Positions 50,596 to 62,155 of a stretch of DNA of 64,000 bases are shown in pieces. The translations under genes and the position numbers were made by a program. This stretch comes from Pavona decussata (taxonomy: Eukaryota). The stretch lies in NCBI GenBank assembly GCA_977016875.1, contig CDRNST010000143.1:1426001-1490000 (forward strand), given 5' to 3'. The first letter of the stretch is position 1, and the number at the start of each line of letters is the position of its first letter. Below the pieces are notes generated by a model. It had not been told where the DNA came from. It ran no database searches and saw only the letters and a list, made by a program, of their open reading frames with translations.

Positions 50596-52822
50596 GTTCT
50601 TTCCAGTCCAACAGAACACAAATCTCCCAACAAGGCTACGCTCACGCAGACGTTCTGTGTCTCGTCACGCAAAGCTCCTCCAGACTAACGGCTGCTCACA
50701 TTCGAACCACATTCCTTTCCCATTGTTTTTTTTTTTTATGGTCTATTGAAGGGGCCAATCATGTATCAGCGAAGTGAGAAAGACGTAAGTTTTTGCACAT
50801 TTCTGACCGCCCGTTGAGCGTTCGTTGTGTTAATTTTTGCTTTTACGAGCGTGTCTTAAAGCGATTTTCCTTTTGTATAAGAGATTCTTATGGAGGCCCG
50901 GGGAATATTGGACAAAAATGTGATTGTATCGTACCGTATTGCTTTGTATTCGGTGATGCTATGAATCTACCAGTACGGTACTATGTCGTACCCGGCCGGG
51001 TAGGATGTTATATCGAAACAGCGATGGTATTATATCGTACCCAGTAACACAATTAATCCTTCGACATGCTATTATATCGTACCTGATGATGATATGTCGT
51101 ACCCAGTGATGCTATATTGTACCCTGATGTCGTACCCGGTGATGTAATGTCGTACTCGGTGATGCCATATCGTAAACGTCCGGATGCCGGCGAACAGCAC
51201 TGTCAGCGGGGTTTTTTACGAGAAAAGGTGGGAAGTTGACATCACGAGATTTGACTTGCTCTTCGCGTCGTCTGCTCCTCCATAGCTAGCTTTTGAAAAG
51301 TGTAGGAGCAAACTTCCGAGAAAAATGTTCTCTCCAGAACGACAGAAATTTTGCGCAATGCCAGAAATGCATTGCAACAACTGACTAGAAAACTCCACCA
51401 GCGGCGAACATGAACAAATACAATAAGGCCCGGCAGTCGATCGTGCCTCGGAAAACTTCAGGTTATTTAGTAAACGCATATATTACATTACCGCTTGTTT
51501 TAGTTCACAGAATTCCAAACAGTTCACAGGATATCACAATAAACTTACATACCAGTTACCAATAGCTTGGTTAAACTTAACTTGTATCAGTATAAGATTT
51601 TGCATCGATATATTGGTTAGATTAACCCCGTCACGCAAGCGGTAAAACAAATAATAAAATGAACACATCTTTATTTCAAAATGGACTTTTTTGCTTGGGA
51701 TTCCATGCCAAAGCCTAACTGAATTCACAAAAAATGTTATAAGCTTATACTTTAACTGGCTCACCCTCCGGGCCCTGCCAAGAGCGGATTGTCTCCATTG
51801 TGTTACGTTCACCAATCGGAGTAAAGCAATATTTAAATAGAGGATTTTCTCGTCGTTTGAATTGAAAAGGAGAAAGCGGTTTAACACGCATACGTACGGC
51901 GAACATCTCTATTGAAGATGCTTTCAAAACATCGCGACCGCAATCGAGGCGGCGAAAATTTCGACAAAGCGCCGAAACAAGTCAATTCACCAGAGCGGAA
52001 GTTATATTTATATTTAAGAAAACTGACTGGGGGTATTGGCAAAGGCATAAAAACTGAGATCTAAGACAGAAATTAATTCGCATCTGCACTATGTGTCACG
52101 AGTTTAAAATATTTGCGGCGACATGTACAGTTGCGCTGCTCTACGACTTCCCGCCAGCGCGAAGGATTTTCACATGTAAACTGAACTGTTTGTGTTGCTG
52201 ATGACAAGCGGTGAACTTCTCACGACTCTGTCGTGCTCCGATTGGTGAATGTAACACAATGGAGACAATCCGCTCTTGGCAGGGCCCGGAGGGAGAGTGT
52301 TATTGTTGTGGTCGAGAATTGACCGCTGTCCCACCGGGTGGGCAAGTGATTTGAACCTGGAGGCCTGGCTGCTAAGGCGATTTTCCAACCGTCGGTGCAC
52401 GGAACATATGAATCAAGCATGTTTCGAAGGTCTGTGATGGACAAGCGTCTTGAGTTTTGCCGGGTGAAATTCCCGTTCCGCGGACGTTTTCGTCCAATGA
52501 AGGAAGCGAGTGGTTAGAGGAGCTATGGTGCGAGCTCTATGTGGAATTTCGAGACGATTGGAGCTTTTGGGGCGAATTAACGGCTGTTTTATTATTCGGA
52601 GATCTGCCGAGCCTCGCGTTGCAGTAACCTACCTTGGGGAGATTATATATAGAGAGGAAATCGGCAAACCTAAAACCCACTAAATCGCGCTGAAATGGCC
52701 AAAATACGGCACACAAACACTGGCAAGATACCAAGGAGACAAGGTAAGCCATTTTTTTCCAATTCATGCCCTTTATTTTTGATTCCAAAACACGTTCGTA
52801 AAATTCCCATACAAACCCTTAT

Positions 52823-53344
52823 AATAGGCCTTATCACGGTTTTCGACGCCATTTTGACGGGTAGGCAAACAGGCTTGAAATAACAGTGTTTGTATGGAAA
52901 TCCGATGTCAAATAATTTTCATAAAACATCGCTTCTGAACAATTCATGAATTGGAAACTTTTGGCACTAGAAAAAGGATTTTAAGGACAAAATTGGAGGG
53001 ATGTAGCTGTGACAGAAAGCGTCCAGTCGTGTTTTGAACTTTCCATACATTTGTCTGTATAGCGAACCAGCCGTGAGCTGCTACCAAAAATAGTTCGCGG
53101 GAAAAAGTACAGGGAAATGTATGGAAAGTTCAAAACACGACTGGACGCTTTCTGTCACAGCTACATCCCTCCAATTTTGTTCTCAAAATCCTTTTCCTAG
53201 TGCCAAAAGTTTCCAATTCATGAATTTTTCAGAAGCGATGTTTTATGAAAATTATTTGACATCGGATTTCCATACAAACACTGTTATTTCAAGCCTGTTT
53301 GCCTACCCGTCAAAATGGCGTCGAAAACCGTGATAAGGCCTATT
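52823..53344. mobile_element. About 520-bp near-perfect palindromic element
   Basis: About 230-bp inverted arms with a short spacer; partial copies at about 58280-58467 and 49114-49140. Confidence 0.9.
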
Positions 53345-53659
53345 TACGCCATTGCGTAACACTCATCGTGACACTCAAATTACAAAGGTCAAAACAAACC
53401 CCCCCCCCCCCCCCCCGTTTACAAGCCCGTCCAATATATGTATTATAAATTTAACTCTAAATGTAAATGTAATGTAGCTTTAATTCGTTTCTCAGATACG
53501 TTTTATCTCGTCGTCCCGATGTTGTTGCTATACTCTGTACTTTCTAACTTATTTATAACATCACTCAACACTGCTCTGATGTTTACACTAACCAGCTGAA
53601 AGGGTGACTGATGTTGACCTTCCATATTTTGGTGATAAATCAAAATTTGCTTGTTCTAC

Positions 53660-54979
53660 CACAGGCCAACCACCCTCTGTTTGCGTGCTGTAATGACTGT
53701 TTGCAACTTGAGACTTTATATTCTCGCGACACGACCGGTAGAAATTTTTACTGAGTAGCGATATTTAGAAATCGTCTTTTAACCTTTCTGTTGAAATAAA
53801 GTTTCAAGGAAATGTTGATTGAGTCACGCGTGGTGTTTTTTTGCCATTCCGAGCCGTATAAACCCTTCTTTGGACCGTTTACTGTTTTACAGTGTTGCCG
53901 GCCGAAGACCGGTACTAGGGAAAGGGAGTAAAGGCAGGCAAGAAACCGCCGGCGACCGCTATGGGTCGTTACTTCAAACCGGAATTGTCGCAAAATTTGA
54001 AAAATCTTGCAGTTTTTTCAACGGATCCGATTAAATACATATTTCGCCATGTCGTGGCCGAGTTTGGGCTTCATTCGTCAAATTTCCTTCAAGAAAAGCG
54101 GAGCTCAAGTCCTCCAGGTAGGTTTCAAACTATGATCTGTAGCAAAGTCAGGGACCAAAGGAATTCTAAGCATGCAGTCCATTTTAAATCAGCCAATCAA
54201 CGCTTCGCGACCGTTGCGCTTCAAATACCCAACCCTGCCGGACTGAGCTAGAAATCTCTCTTTTTATGTTTAAATTCTATAATAATCAGCTTCCAAAAAA
54301 TATGACATATCTTTTCTCAACTGATTCCCAAATACATAGTTACGATACACGACATGCAAATGACTGTCATCTTCCGCGAAAGTCTTCCAAACTTGGTCAA
54401 TACTCATTGGCCTATCAAGGTCCAAAAATATGGAACACCATTGATGATAAAACACGAAAAATCAAAGCATTACATTTGTATAAGAGAAAAATGAAAAAAA
54501 ATATTCTTGACAAATCAACAGTTGCAAATTTTTCCCTCTAATTAAGTACAATGTTCTATTTTATTGCTTCGTTGATTATTTTCTTGAAATCTTGACTAGT
54601 AATAATACCAGATGTGTAAATATGAATATAAGAATATATGAATATTGTCAACAATTCTATTTCTCATCATCAAAACTATTTTTAGTTAATAATAATTATC
54701 TAGCTAAGCTGCAGTTGACCTCAATCTAAAGGGATCTATAGTTCAAGCATTTTTTTGCTTTTCTATAGACTCCCTTATCACTATTTTATTTGTAGTTCTC
54801 ATGAACAACAATGTATTAGTGATGGAAGCAATAAATTGAAATTGAAAAACATAAAGGCCAAAAGGCGACTTTAAATATCGCTACTCAGTAAAAACTTCAA
54901 CCGATCGTGTCGCGAGAATATAAAGTCTCAAGTTGCAAAGAGTCATTACAGCACACAAACAGAGGGTGGTCTGCCTGTG
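53660..54979. mobile_element. P-element-like non-autonomous element (CA...TG ends, 7-bp TSD)
   Basis: About 120-bp TIRs cacaggc...actgagtagcgatattt; TSD gttctac on both sides. Confidence 0.75.
54250..54849 (+). mobile_element. LINE 3' fragment (L2/Crack-like) nested in the P-like element
   Basis: ORF MFKFYNNQLP...HSYDTR...YQGPKIWNTI...KRKMK, then a 3'UTR ending aataaattgaaattgaaa. Confidence 0.75.
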
Positions 54980-55201
54980 GTTCTACCGACTTCTCGCCAA
55001 AATTAAAAAAAAATGGCCTCCTTCGAAAATATCACGTGATCCTGTCTAAGCAAAATAAACCCGCTGACCATAATGTTTGCCGGCATCTACGATGGGGCAT
55101 CAGTACTGGATGCGACATTGCATCACCGGGTACGACATCACTACATCAGGGTACGATATAGCATCACTGGGTACGACATATCATCATCGGTACGATATAA
55201 T

Positions 55202-57508
55202 AAAACGTAAAATTAAATGCAAGGCTGATCGGACAGCTAAAATAAGTTTATTGCCCAATATTTCGGTTAGACAATACGAACCTCCTTCAGGGGCGGCAAA
55301 AAGCTAAGTAAAACTTGGAAATAAACGGTTACAATATTTAAAGACGATACAAATGAAAAGTTGAGATGTGATTGGTTGATAAATAAAGAAAGCTGAAACA
55401 TGGACAAGGACTGGTACGAAAATGAATGCCTTCGACAACTCAATGACAGACAATTCTACAAAAAAATGGACAAAGACATTACTCGACTCACTCACGAATG
55501 TGTCAAAAGATACATTTCCGGTCTACAATTTGACAAAATGATTGATGACAAGACAGCTAAATACCTCAAAGAAAACTCTCCTAAACCAGGACGCTTCTAC
55601 ACCATTCCTAAATTGCACAAACAAGGTCATCCTGGTCGCCCCATCGTCTCCAGCAACAGTCATCCCGCAGAACGTATTTCTCAGTTCGTCGACTTTCATC
55701 TTCAACCACTCAGTGGTACCAAACTCATTTCTTACATAAAAGACACCACCCACTTTCTCAACAAACTTAACATCATCGGTCCACTACCTCATGGTATTTT
55801 ACTCGTTACCCTTGATGTATCTTCACTTTTTACCAACATACCTCACAAAGACGGAATCCAAGCCTGTAGCGATTTTCTGGACAGACGAGTCAATCCCACT
55901 ATCCAGACAACCAGACTCTGTGATCTCATTCGCATGATCCTCACCAACAATACTTTCACTTTCAACGGACAGCACTACAGACAAATCAAAGGAACAGCGA
56001 TGGGAACGAAAATGGCTCCATCCTACCCCAATCTTTTCATGGGGAAATTTGAAGAAAACGCCTTAGCATCTGCTACGCATTCTCGCCTCATTTGGTGGCG
56101 TTACATCGATGACATTTTTCTCCTTTGGACACAAGGCGAAGATCAATTGAATAGCTTTATCACATACTTAAACAACCTACATCCTACTATCAAATTCAGG
56201 AGTTCCTTCTCTTACAGCGAAATCCCCTTTCTTGATGTTAACGTAATGCTCATCGACGGCAGATTGAAAACTGACTTGTATGTTAAGCCTACAGACAAAC
56301 ATCAGTATCTCCTTAAATCATCTTGCCACCCATCTCATACCAAACAATCAATTCCGTTCAGCATGGCCTTACGACTTAAAAGAATTTGTTCCACGGACGA
56401 GTTCTTCAACAAACGTTCCGACGCACTCACGACACATTTAATCAAGAGAGGATATACACACCGTTTTATTAAAGAAGAAATAGAGAAAGTTCGTCAAATT
56501 TCCCGCAGCAAAACCCTCGAAACATCTTTGAAAAATGAATCTAACAGGATCCCATTTGTAGTAACGTTCAATCCAGCCCTTCCTAACATACGTCGAATCA
56601 TTTTCACTGAACAATTTAAACATTCTTCGTTCTTCACAGCGATGCAAAGCAGCATTCCCTTCTCCTCCTCTCATATCGTTTCGCCGATGCAACAACCTAT
56701 GTGACATACTAGTCAAGGCCAAACACCGTAGACCACCTCCCAAGACACCGGGAGCTTTCTGTTGTAACAGAAATAAGTGCAAAACGTGTCCCTTTATTAC
56801 GGAGGGAACCGCATCAGTTTTACACCTTTTTCTCTACAAACGAACACAGATCCATACGACATCACATCACGTGCTCATCTTCTCATATACATGATACAGT
56901 GCTCCAAATGCAAGGTACAATACATAGGAGAGACTAAACGACATCTAAGCGACAGATTTGGCGAACACAGACGCGCAATCGAAAAAGCCCTTCAACAACG
57001 TCACATCGATCAACCTACCGCCGTTTCAGATCACTTCACTCTTCCTGGCCATTCAATCAAAAACATACAACTCATTCCCCTAGAACTCATTAACTCTAAC
57101 AGAGACAGCATTCGGAAAGCCAGAGAAGCATTTCTAATTTCCAAGGGCAAGACTCTTGAACCCTATGGAATAAGCAGACGCGATGAAACTTAATCTGTCT
57201 ACTGTACACGTTTCAGCTTTCTTTATTTATCAACCAATCACATCTCAACTTTTCATTTGTATCGTCTTTAAATATTGTAACCGTGTATTTCCAATTTTTA
57301 CCTAGCTTTTTGCCGCCCCTGAAGAAGGTAAGTATTGTCTAACCGAAATATTGGGCAATAAAATAATTTTATTGCCCAATATTTCCGATCAGCCTTGCAT
57401 TTCATTTTACGTTTTATTCAACATTGCTGATCCTGATCTACACAAAGATCCGGCTTCACTTTGCTGCTCAGTTTGTACAAGTGGTCCCTGCACTATTCAA
57501 GAGTTACA
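55202..57508 (+). mobile_element. Penelope-like retroelement (RT + GIY-YIG), 5'-truncated and frameshifted, with an inverted 5' pLTR
   Basis: RT ORF 55400-56704 (LVTLDVSSLFTNIP, GTAMG, WWRYIDD); GIY-YIG region IYMIQCSKCKVQYIGET at 56880-57193; 55202-55399 is the reverse complement of about 57210-57418; atataat is duplicated at both ends. Confidence 0.93.
57315..57356 (+). ncRNA. Minimal type-I hammerhead ribozyme motif in the Penelope pLTR
   Basis: gccc-CTGAAGA-a-ggtaag(tattgt)ctaacc-GAAA-TA-TT-gggc, with stem I gccc/gggc and palindromic AATATT as stem III. Confidence 0.65.
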
Positions 57509-59222
57509 ATATAATAGCATGTCGAAGGATTAATTGTGTTACTGGGTACGATATAATACCATCGCTGTTTCGATATAACATCCTACCGGGTACGACCTAG
57601 TACCGTACTGGTAGACTCATAGTATCACCGAATACAAAGCAATACGGTACGATCCAATCACATTTTTCTCCAATAGTCCCCTCCATAGATTCTTCCGGGC
57701 CAATGTGATGCGACCGCTCCGTTTAATGGTGTTCGTCTTGATCGTGAGGGGGAATTCTCCAATATACTGAATGGAGGTTTTATCACGGAGCATTCTGACA
57801 TGTTCTGAGCCGTACTTAATAAGAATAGTTTTTGATATGCTAGCCGGGACATTTGATTAGGTTTATCGGCTCGGATTAACTGCAAGATTTCAGGTAGCGC
57901 TAAATAAATGTCATTTATGAAGACACAAGATCTGTGTATTTCTATACTCGAGATTTCGCTTATGCTCTTGCATCTCGCTGCAGGAAGATTGCAGGATGTT
58001 TGTTTATCACGGTTCATTGTTATCTTTCGCATGGCGTGTATGGCTCGATGTATGGGCTCACGCAATTTTTCTTTTCCTTTCATAAAATACGTAAGAAACC
58101 GTAGAATTAACTATTAAGCGATAAAATTATATTATTTAACAAATAGAGAAATAAAGAGCAAGTTCAAAAGAAGAAAAACCCATGTTTTCTTGTTATTGCA
58201 CCATCGTGCAATCAATAGCCTTGTTGTCGCACCACTTTAGTATGGAAATGTCAAAACGCAACTAGATGCTTTCTATAGCACAGCTACATTCCTCAGGTAT
58301 TTCCTGTTAAATCCTTTGCATAGCGCCTAAAGTTTCCAATTCATGAATTTTTCAGGAACGATGTTTTATGAAAATTATTTTACATCGGATTTCCATACAA
58401 ACACTGTTATTTCAAGACGTGTTTGCCTACTCGTCAAAATGGCGTCGAAAACCGTGATAAAGCCTATTCTTGGTTTTTGGATGCGGGCAAGTTCTCACTG
58501 TAGCTCCAGCGATTCGTAAACGAGCACAGTCTCTCGTACTGATGTTTTAGGCCTTTAATGGTTTGATTTGTCTCTCAAAACCGTCGGAACTAAAGATTAA
58601 AAGGTTTACAAATTTCTCAAGTGTTACGAGATTACGCTAATGAAAAATAATTGCTACGCTAAACGACCCTAAAAAAGGTATATGCAAATGGCTAAAACAA
58701 CTAAATGAAAAACGCTAAGTACAGTCACATTGAGTGCGTTAATATGAATGAAAGTTCAAAACGATACAAAGCAACAAACTTAAGTTAAAAGCGTGGCTAA
58801 GAACGCTATTCAGTTAAAATTCGAATTGCTGGAACGATTGTTTCTGACTTTTCTTGGTGAACTTTCTTGCACTTTAAACTTAAACTTGACCTGAACTTAA
58901 CTTCTTGTGATCTTGCTTGCGACTTGTGACAAAAAAACTAAAAACAGTTTGACTTTGCTTGATTTGCTCTGTTGCGTGCGCTGTCGTGATCGCCAAGAGC
59001 GCGCGATTCGTAAAATAAATTACCGGCTTTTCTTAAACAAATAACAACTGGATAAAACAAAGCATTGCAAACAAATGTCATGACTCTCGCGGTTTCGTGC
59101 GGTATCTACACGAAAAGCACAACATCACTAAGTTTTAATGTATGCCTTCACAAGCTTCAAGTTTAACAGTGTAATATCAAAGGAGCTACATCACTAATAC
59201 AGAAAAAAACGTATAAGCAAAA

Positions 59223-59949
59223 TCAGTACCCAAAGAAGTAACAAAATATGCCCAGAAGAACGAACAAAAAAGCAAGGATGGCAATAACTTTGAACATTAA
59301 TTCCTGCCGCATTTTTGCTAGCCTTTCCAACGAATCAGTCAATCCTGAATTTTGCCAGGGAAACTCTTGATCCGGAATTTCACACCCAAGGAAATCGCAT
59401 AAAGGTTTCCAGCCTTCTTTTACGTTAAACACCAATAGCTTCTTCCTTGGAATCATGGCTTGAACCCGTTCGTTGTGCTCTCGATATTTCTTCTTGAATA
59501 AAACGCTCGATTCTGGACTCAAGCTGCCGAATGCAGCACCATCCAAGGCATCTATCAATGTGTAAAATTTACGGCGCAAACCCCCACCTGATGAGCATCT
59601 TAGCCATAAATCCGCTGCCGTTGAGATTCTGGTCCAAGTCGAGATGCCTCACAAAACTCTTTAGCCAGACATCCTCGTTGTCTCGAACGGTTAAAATAAC
59701 CCTTGCATCAGGGAAAGCCTCAGAGATTTCTTGATACCAAAATGCTGGTGGAAGGTCGGTGACTGCATCAACATCGCCGTACATTGAAGCGAAGTCAGGC
59801 AACTTGCCTCTTAAGTAAATATCCAGCCATTCATCGCCATGAATCGTACTGTGCTCTGGCCAGTCATACACAGTAAATCCAAGCACTCGCAAAGCTCTGG
59901 CCATGGACGTCGTTCCTGTTTTGCTCAGTCCTGCACAGATAATTTTCAT
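59223..59949 (-). pseudogene. Second sulfotransferase-like copy with a +1 frameshift in a C run (59581-59585)
   Basis: Nearly identical to 49870-50595 but has aaaccccca instead of aaacccca; split into ORFs 59569-59994 and 59223-59579. This could be a homopolymer sequencing error. Confidence 0.7.
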
Positions 59950-60617
59950 GTTCTTTTCCTTTGCAGTCCCAATAAAACAAAAATCTCCCAACAAGGCTAC
60001 GCACTAACTCCCTCAGAGAGTTTTACTTGAGGGTAATTACAATTGCAGATAAGATGGTCTCCAAGGGGGTTCTCAGTAATCTAATCTGCTATCCGGCGAC
60101 AAAATGTTTTACCTCTGATCCCTTAATCCCGAGGGCTTTCATCAGCTACTACTGGGAAACACTGACCTAAGTATTTAGCAGCTAATCTAAGCGGTGAAAC
60201 GAATTGTGATGCTCCTACACACAAAGGAAAATTAATTATTTAGTCATACACAGTAAATCCAAGTTCTCGCAAAGCTCTGGCCATGGACGTGGTTCCAGTT
60301 TTGCTCAGTCCTGCACAGATAATTTTCATGTTCTTTTCCTTTGCAGTTCCAACAAAACAAAAATCTCCCAACAAGGCTACGCCACTAACTCACTCAGAGA
60401 GTTTTACTTGAGGGTAATTACAATTCCTGATAAGATGGTCTCCAAGGGGGTTCTCAGTAATCTAATCTGCTATCCGGCGACAAAATGTTTTACTTAATTC
60501 CTTAATCCCGAAGGCTTTCATCAGCTACTACTGGGAAACACTGACCTAAGTATTTAGCAGCTAATCTAAGCGAAATGAATTGTGATGCTCCTACACACAA
60601 AGGAAAATTAATTATTT
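59862..60617. repeat. Tandem duplication (59862-60241 and 60242-60617) of the sulfotransferase 5' end and upstream region
   Basis: The second unit carries ATG at 60329 and only the first 29 or so codons. Confidence 0.9.
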
Positions 60618-60661
60618 TCAAAGGATTAATCCAATCCTTTTTCTGGCTACTGTACGACCAT

Positions 60662-61119
60662 CCCGGGGGGGGGGGGGGGTACTCCCCTATATAAGGTATA
60701 TAGGTATGTGCCGCCCCAAAGGGTATGGTGTTTGAGCCGTTTTGGTCTTAAAACGGGTATAGATTTTGACAATGACGGTCTGAAATCGGGTCGGGTTTTT
60801 GGGGCCGGGAACATTTACGAAAGCTTACCAACATATTTTTCTTCTAAGTACGTAACTGGAACGACTAACGGATAGCGCGAAAAAGAAATAGATAAACTAT
60901 GTCATTCCAGCTTACTTTTACTCCTTGCGTCAACTTCCGTTCGGCACTGATGCATAATTATCAGGTCTGAAAACGGGTATGAATTTTAGAGGTCAGGTCT
61001 GAAAACGGGTGTGGAGAATGGCATGTTTAGGTCTGAAATAGGGTCGGGATTTGAAGACCCGGGCGGCACACTCCTACCAAGAATTCCGAGGAGTACCCCC
61101 CCCCCCCCCCACCCCCGGG
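60662..61119. mobile_element. MITE with CCCGGGGG...CCCCCGGG ends and an 8-bp TSD
   Basis: TSD acgaccat at 60654-60661 and 61120-61127; internal ggtctgaaa repeats. Confidence 0.85.
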
Positions 61120-61762
61120 ACGACCATCAGTAATTAGCGGCGGAAAACAGTCCTTCAAACAAAGCAGCTCGTACGCCCCGGTAAGAAGTTCAGTTTTAAT
61201 TCAAACGGTAAGTGTCAGTTGACCGCTGCCGTATAGGTTCTTCTCGGTTTTGTTGCTTGGTTTCTTGCATAAAAGGCAATGGTCATGAAGCATAACAAAC
61301 TTCTTTGTTATATATTTTTGTTAGCATTTTTGACCTTGACCGTGCACAAACCACAATAGAATTTGAAATGTGTTCGAACTGACCAATAGAAGCGTTCCTG
61401 TTAAGATATTAAACTGTAGTGTGGACATTAAAACAAAGGATTGTGCAAGGTCGCGGTTCTTCCAACATAAATTGCAGCACCATTGTTTCATGGCAAGGTT
61501 TCATAACCAGTCCCTCAAATAATTAACTATGGTTTCTGGTTGCTTATCTTTCCTTCAGTATATATCCCTAACAATTTTGTCAAAAAGAATTCAATTTACG
61601 ATTATGGCGGGATAATATATGCCGAATGTTTTTCCAGCCGGTGGTTACCTTTTTCTTTCTTACTACACCATAACATACCATACCATACCATAACTTTTAT
61701 TTATACACGATGAGTTTCAAAGCGATAGCTTGTGGCATGTGTGGGGTCGTGTTACAACTTAA

Positions 61763-62155
61763 GGACGGCGCCTATTAATACCGAAGTATTTTTGTGCGGT
61801 TTATTACAATGCGGGAAAAGCAGATCTTAGCAAGGCCTATTGGAATCCAAAAAGAATATTGGGGGTAACCACGCATTTTTCAGAGATAATTAAACATTAG
61901 TATCTCTAGAAAACGCCAAAATACAAAGCAATGTATGGGATTTTTTCCTAAATTGAAGCGTAATTATCTCTGAAAAATGCATGGTTATCCCCAAATTTCT
62001 TTTGAGATACCAAAAGCATTTGCTAAGTTCTGCTTCCTCCGTATAGTTTTAAACCGCGCAAAAATATTCCTGTGTTAGTAGGCACTACCTATTGGAAACC
62101 CGAGTATCTCACGATGCGCAGAACGTGTGCACAGTAACAATAGTAGGCACCGTCC
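61763..62155. mobile_element. TTAA-flanked MITE (same family as 33951-34363)
   Basis: ttaa|ggacggcgcctatt...agtaggcaccgtcc|ttaa. Confidence 0.8.

Larger units (their letters stand above)
50889..57687. mobile_element. 6.8-kb non-autonomous TIR DNA transposon (IS3EU-like: TAT...ATA ends, 6-bp TSD) with nested insertions
   Basis: The roughly 290-bp left TIR (50889-51175) matches the reverse complement of 57509-57687 plus 55105-55201; TSD gattct at 50883-50888 and 57688-57693; gtacc-rich subterminal repeats. Confidence 0.8.

Noticed and set aside
51040-51175. Regularly spaced gtacc repeats resembling a CRISPR array
   Set aside because: Short degenerate subterminal repeats of a transposon TIR; no unique spacers, no cas genes, eukaryotic context
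57658-58083. 141-aa minus-strand ORF
   Set aside because: No recognisable motif, and it reads across the TIR boundary; probably a chance ORF or decayed repeat
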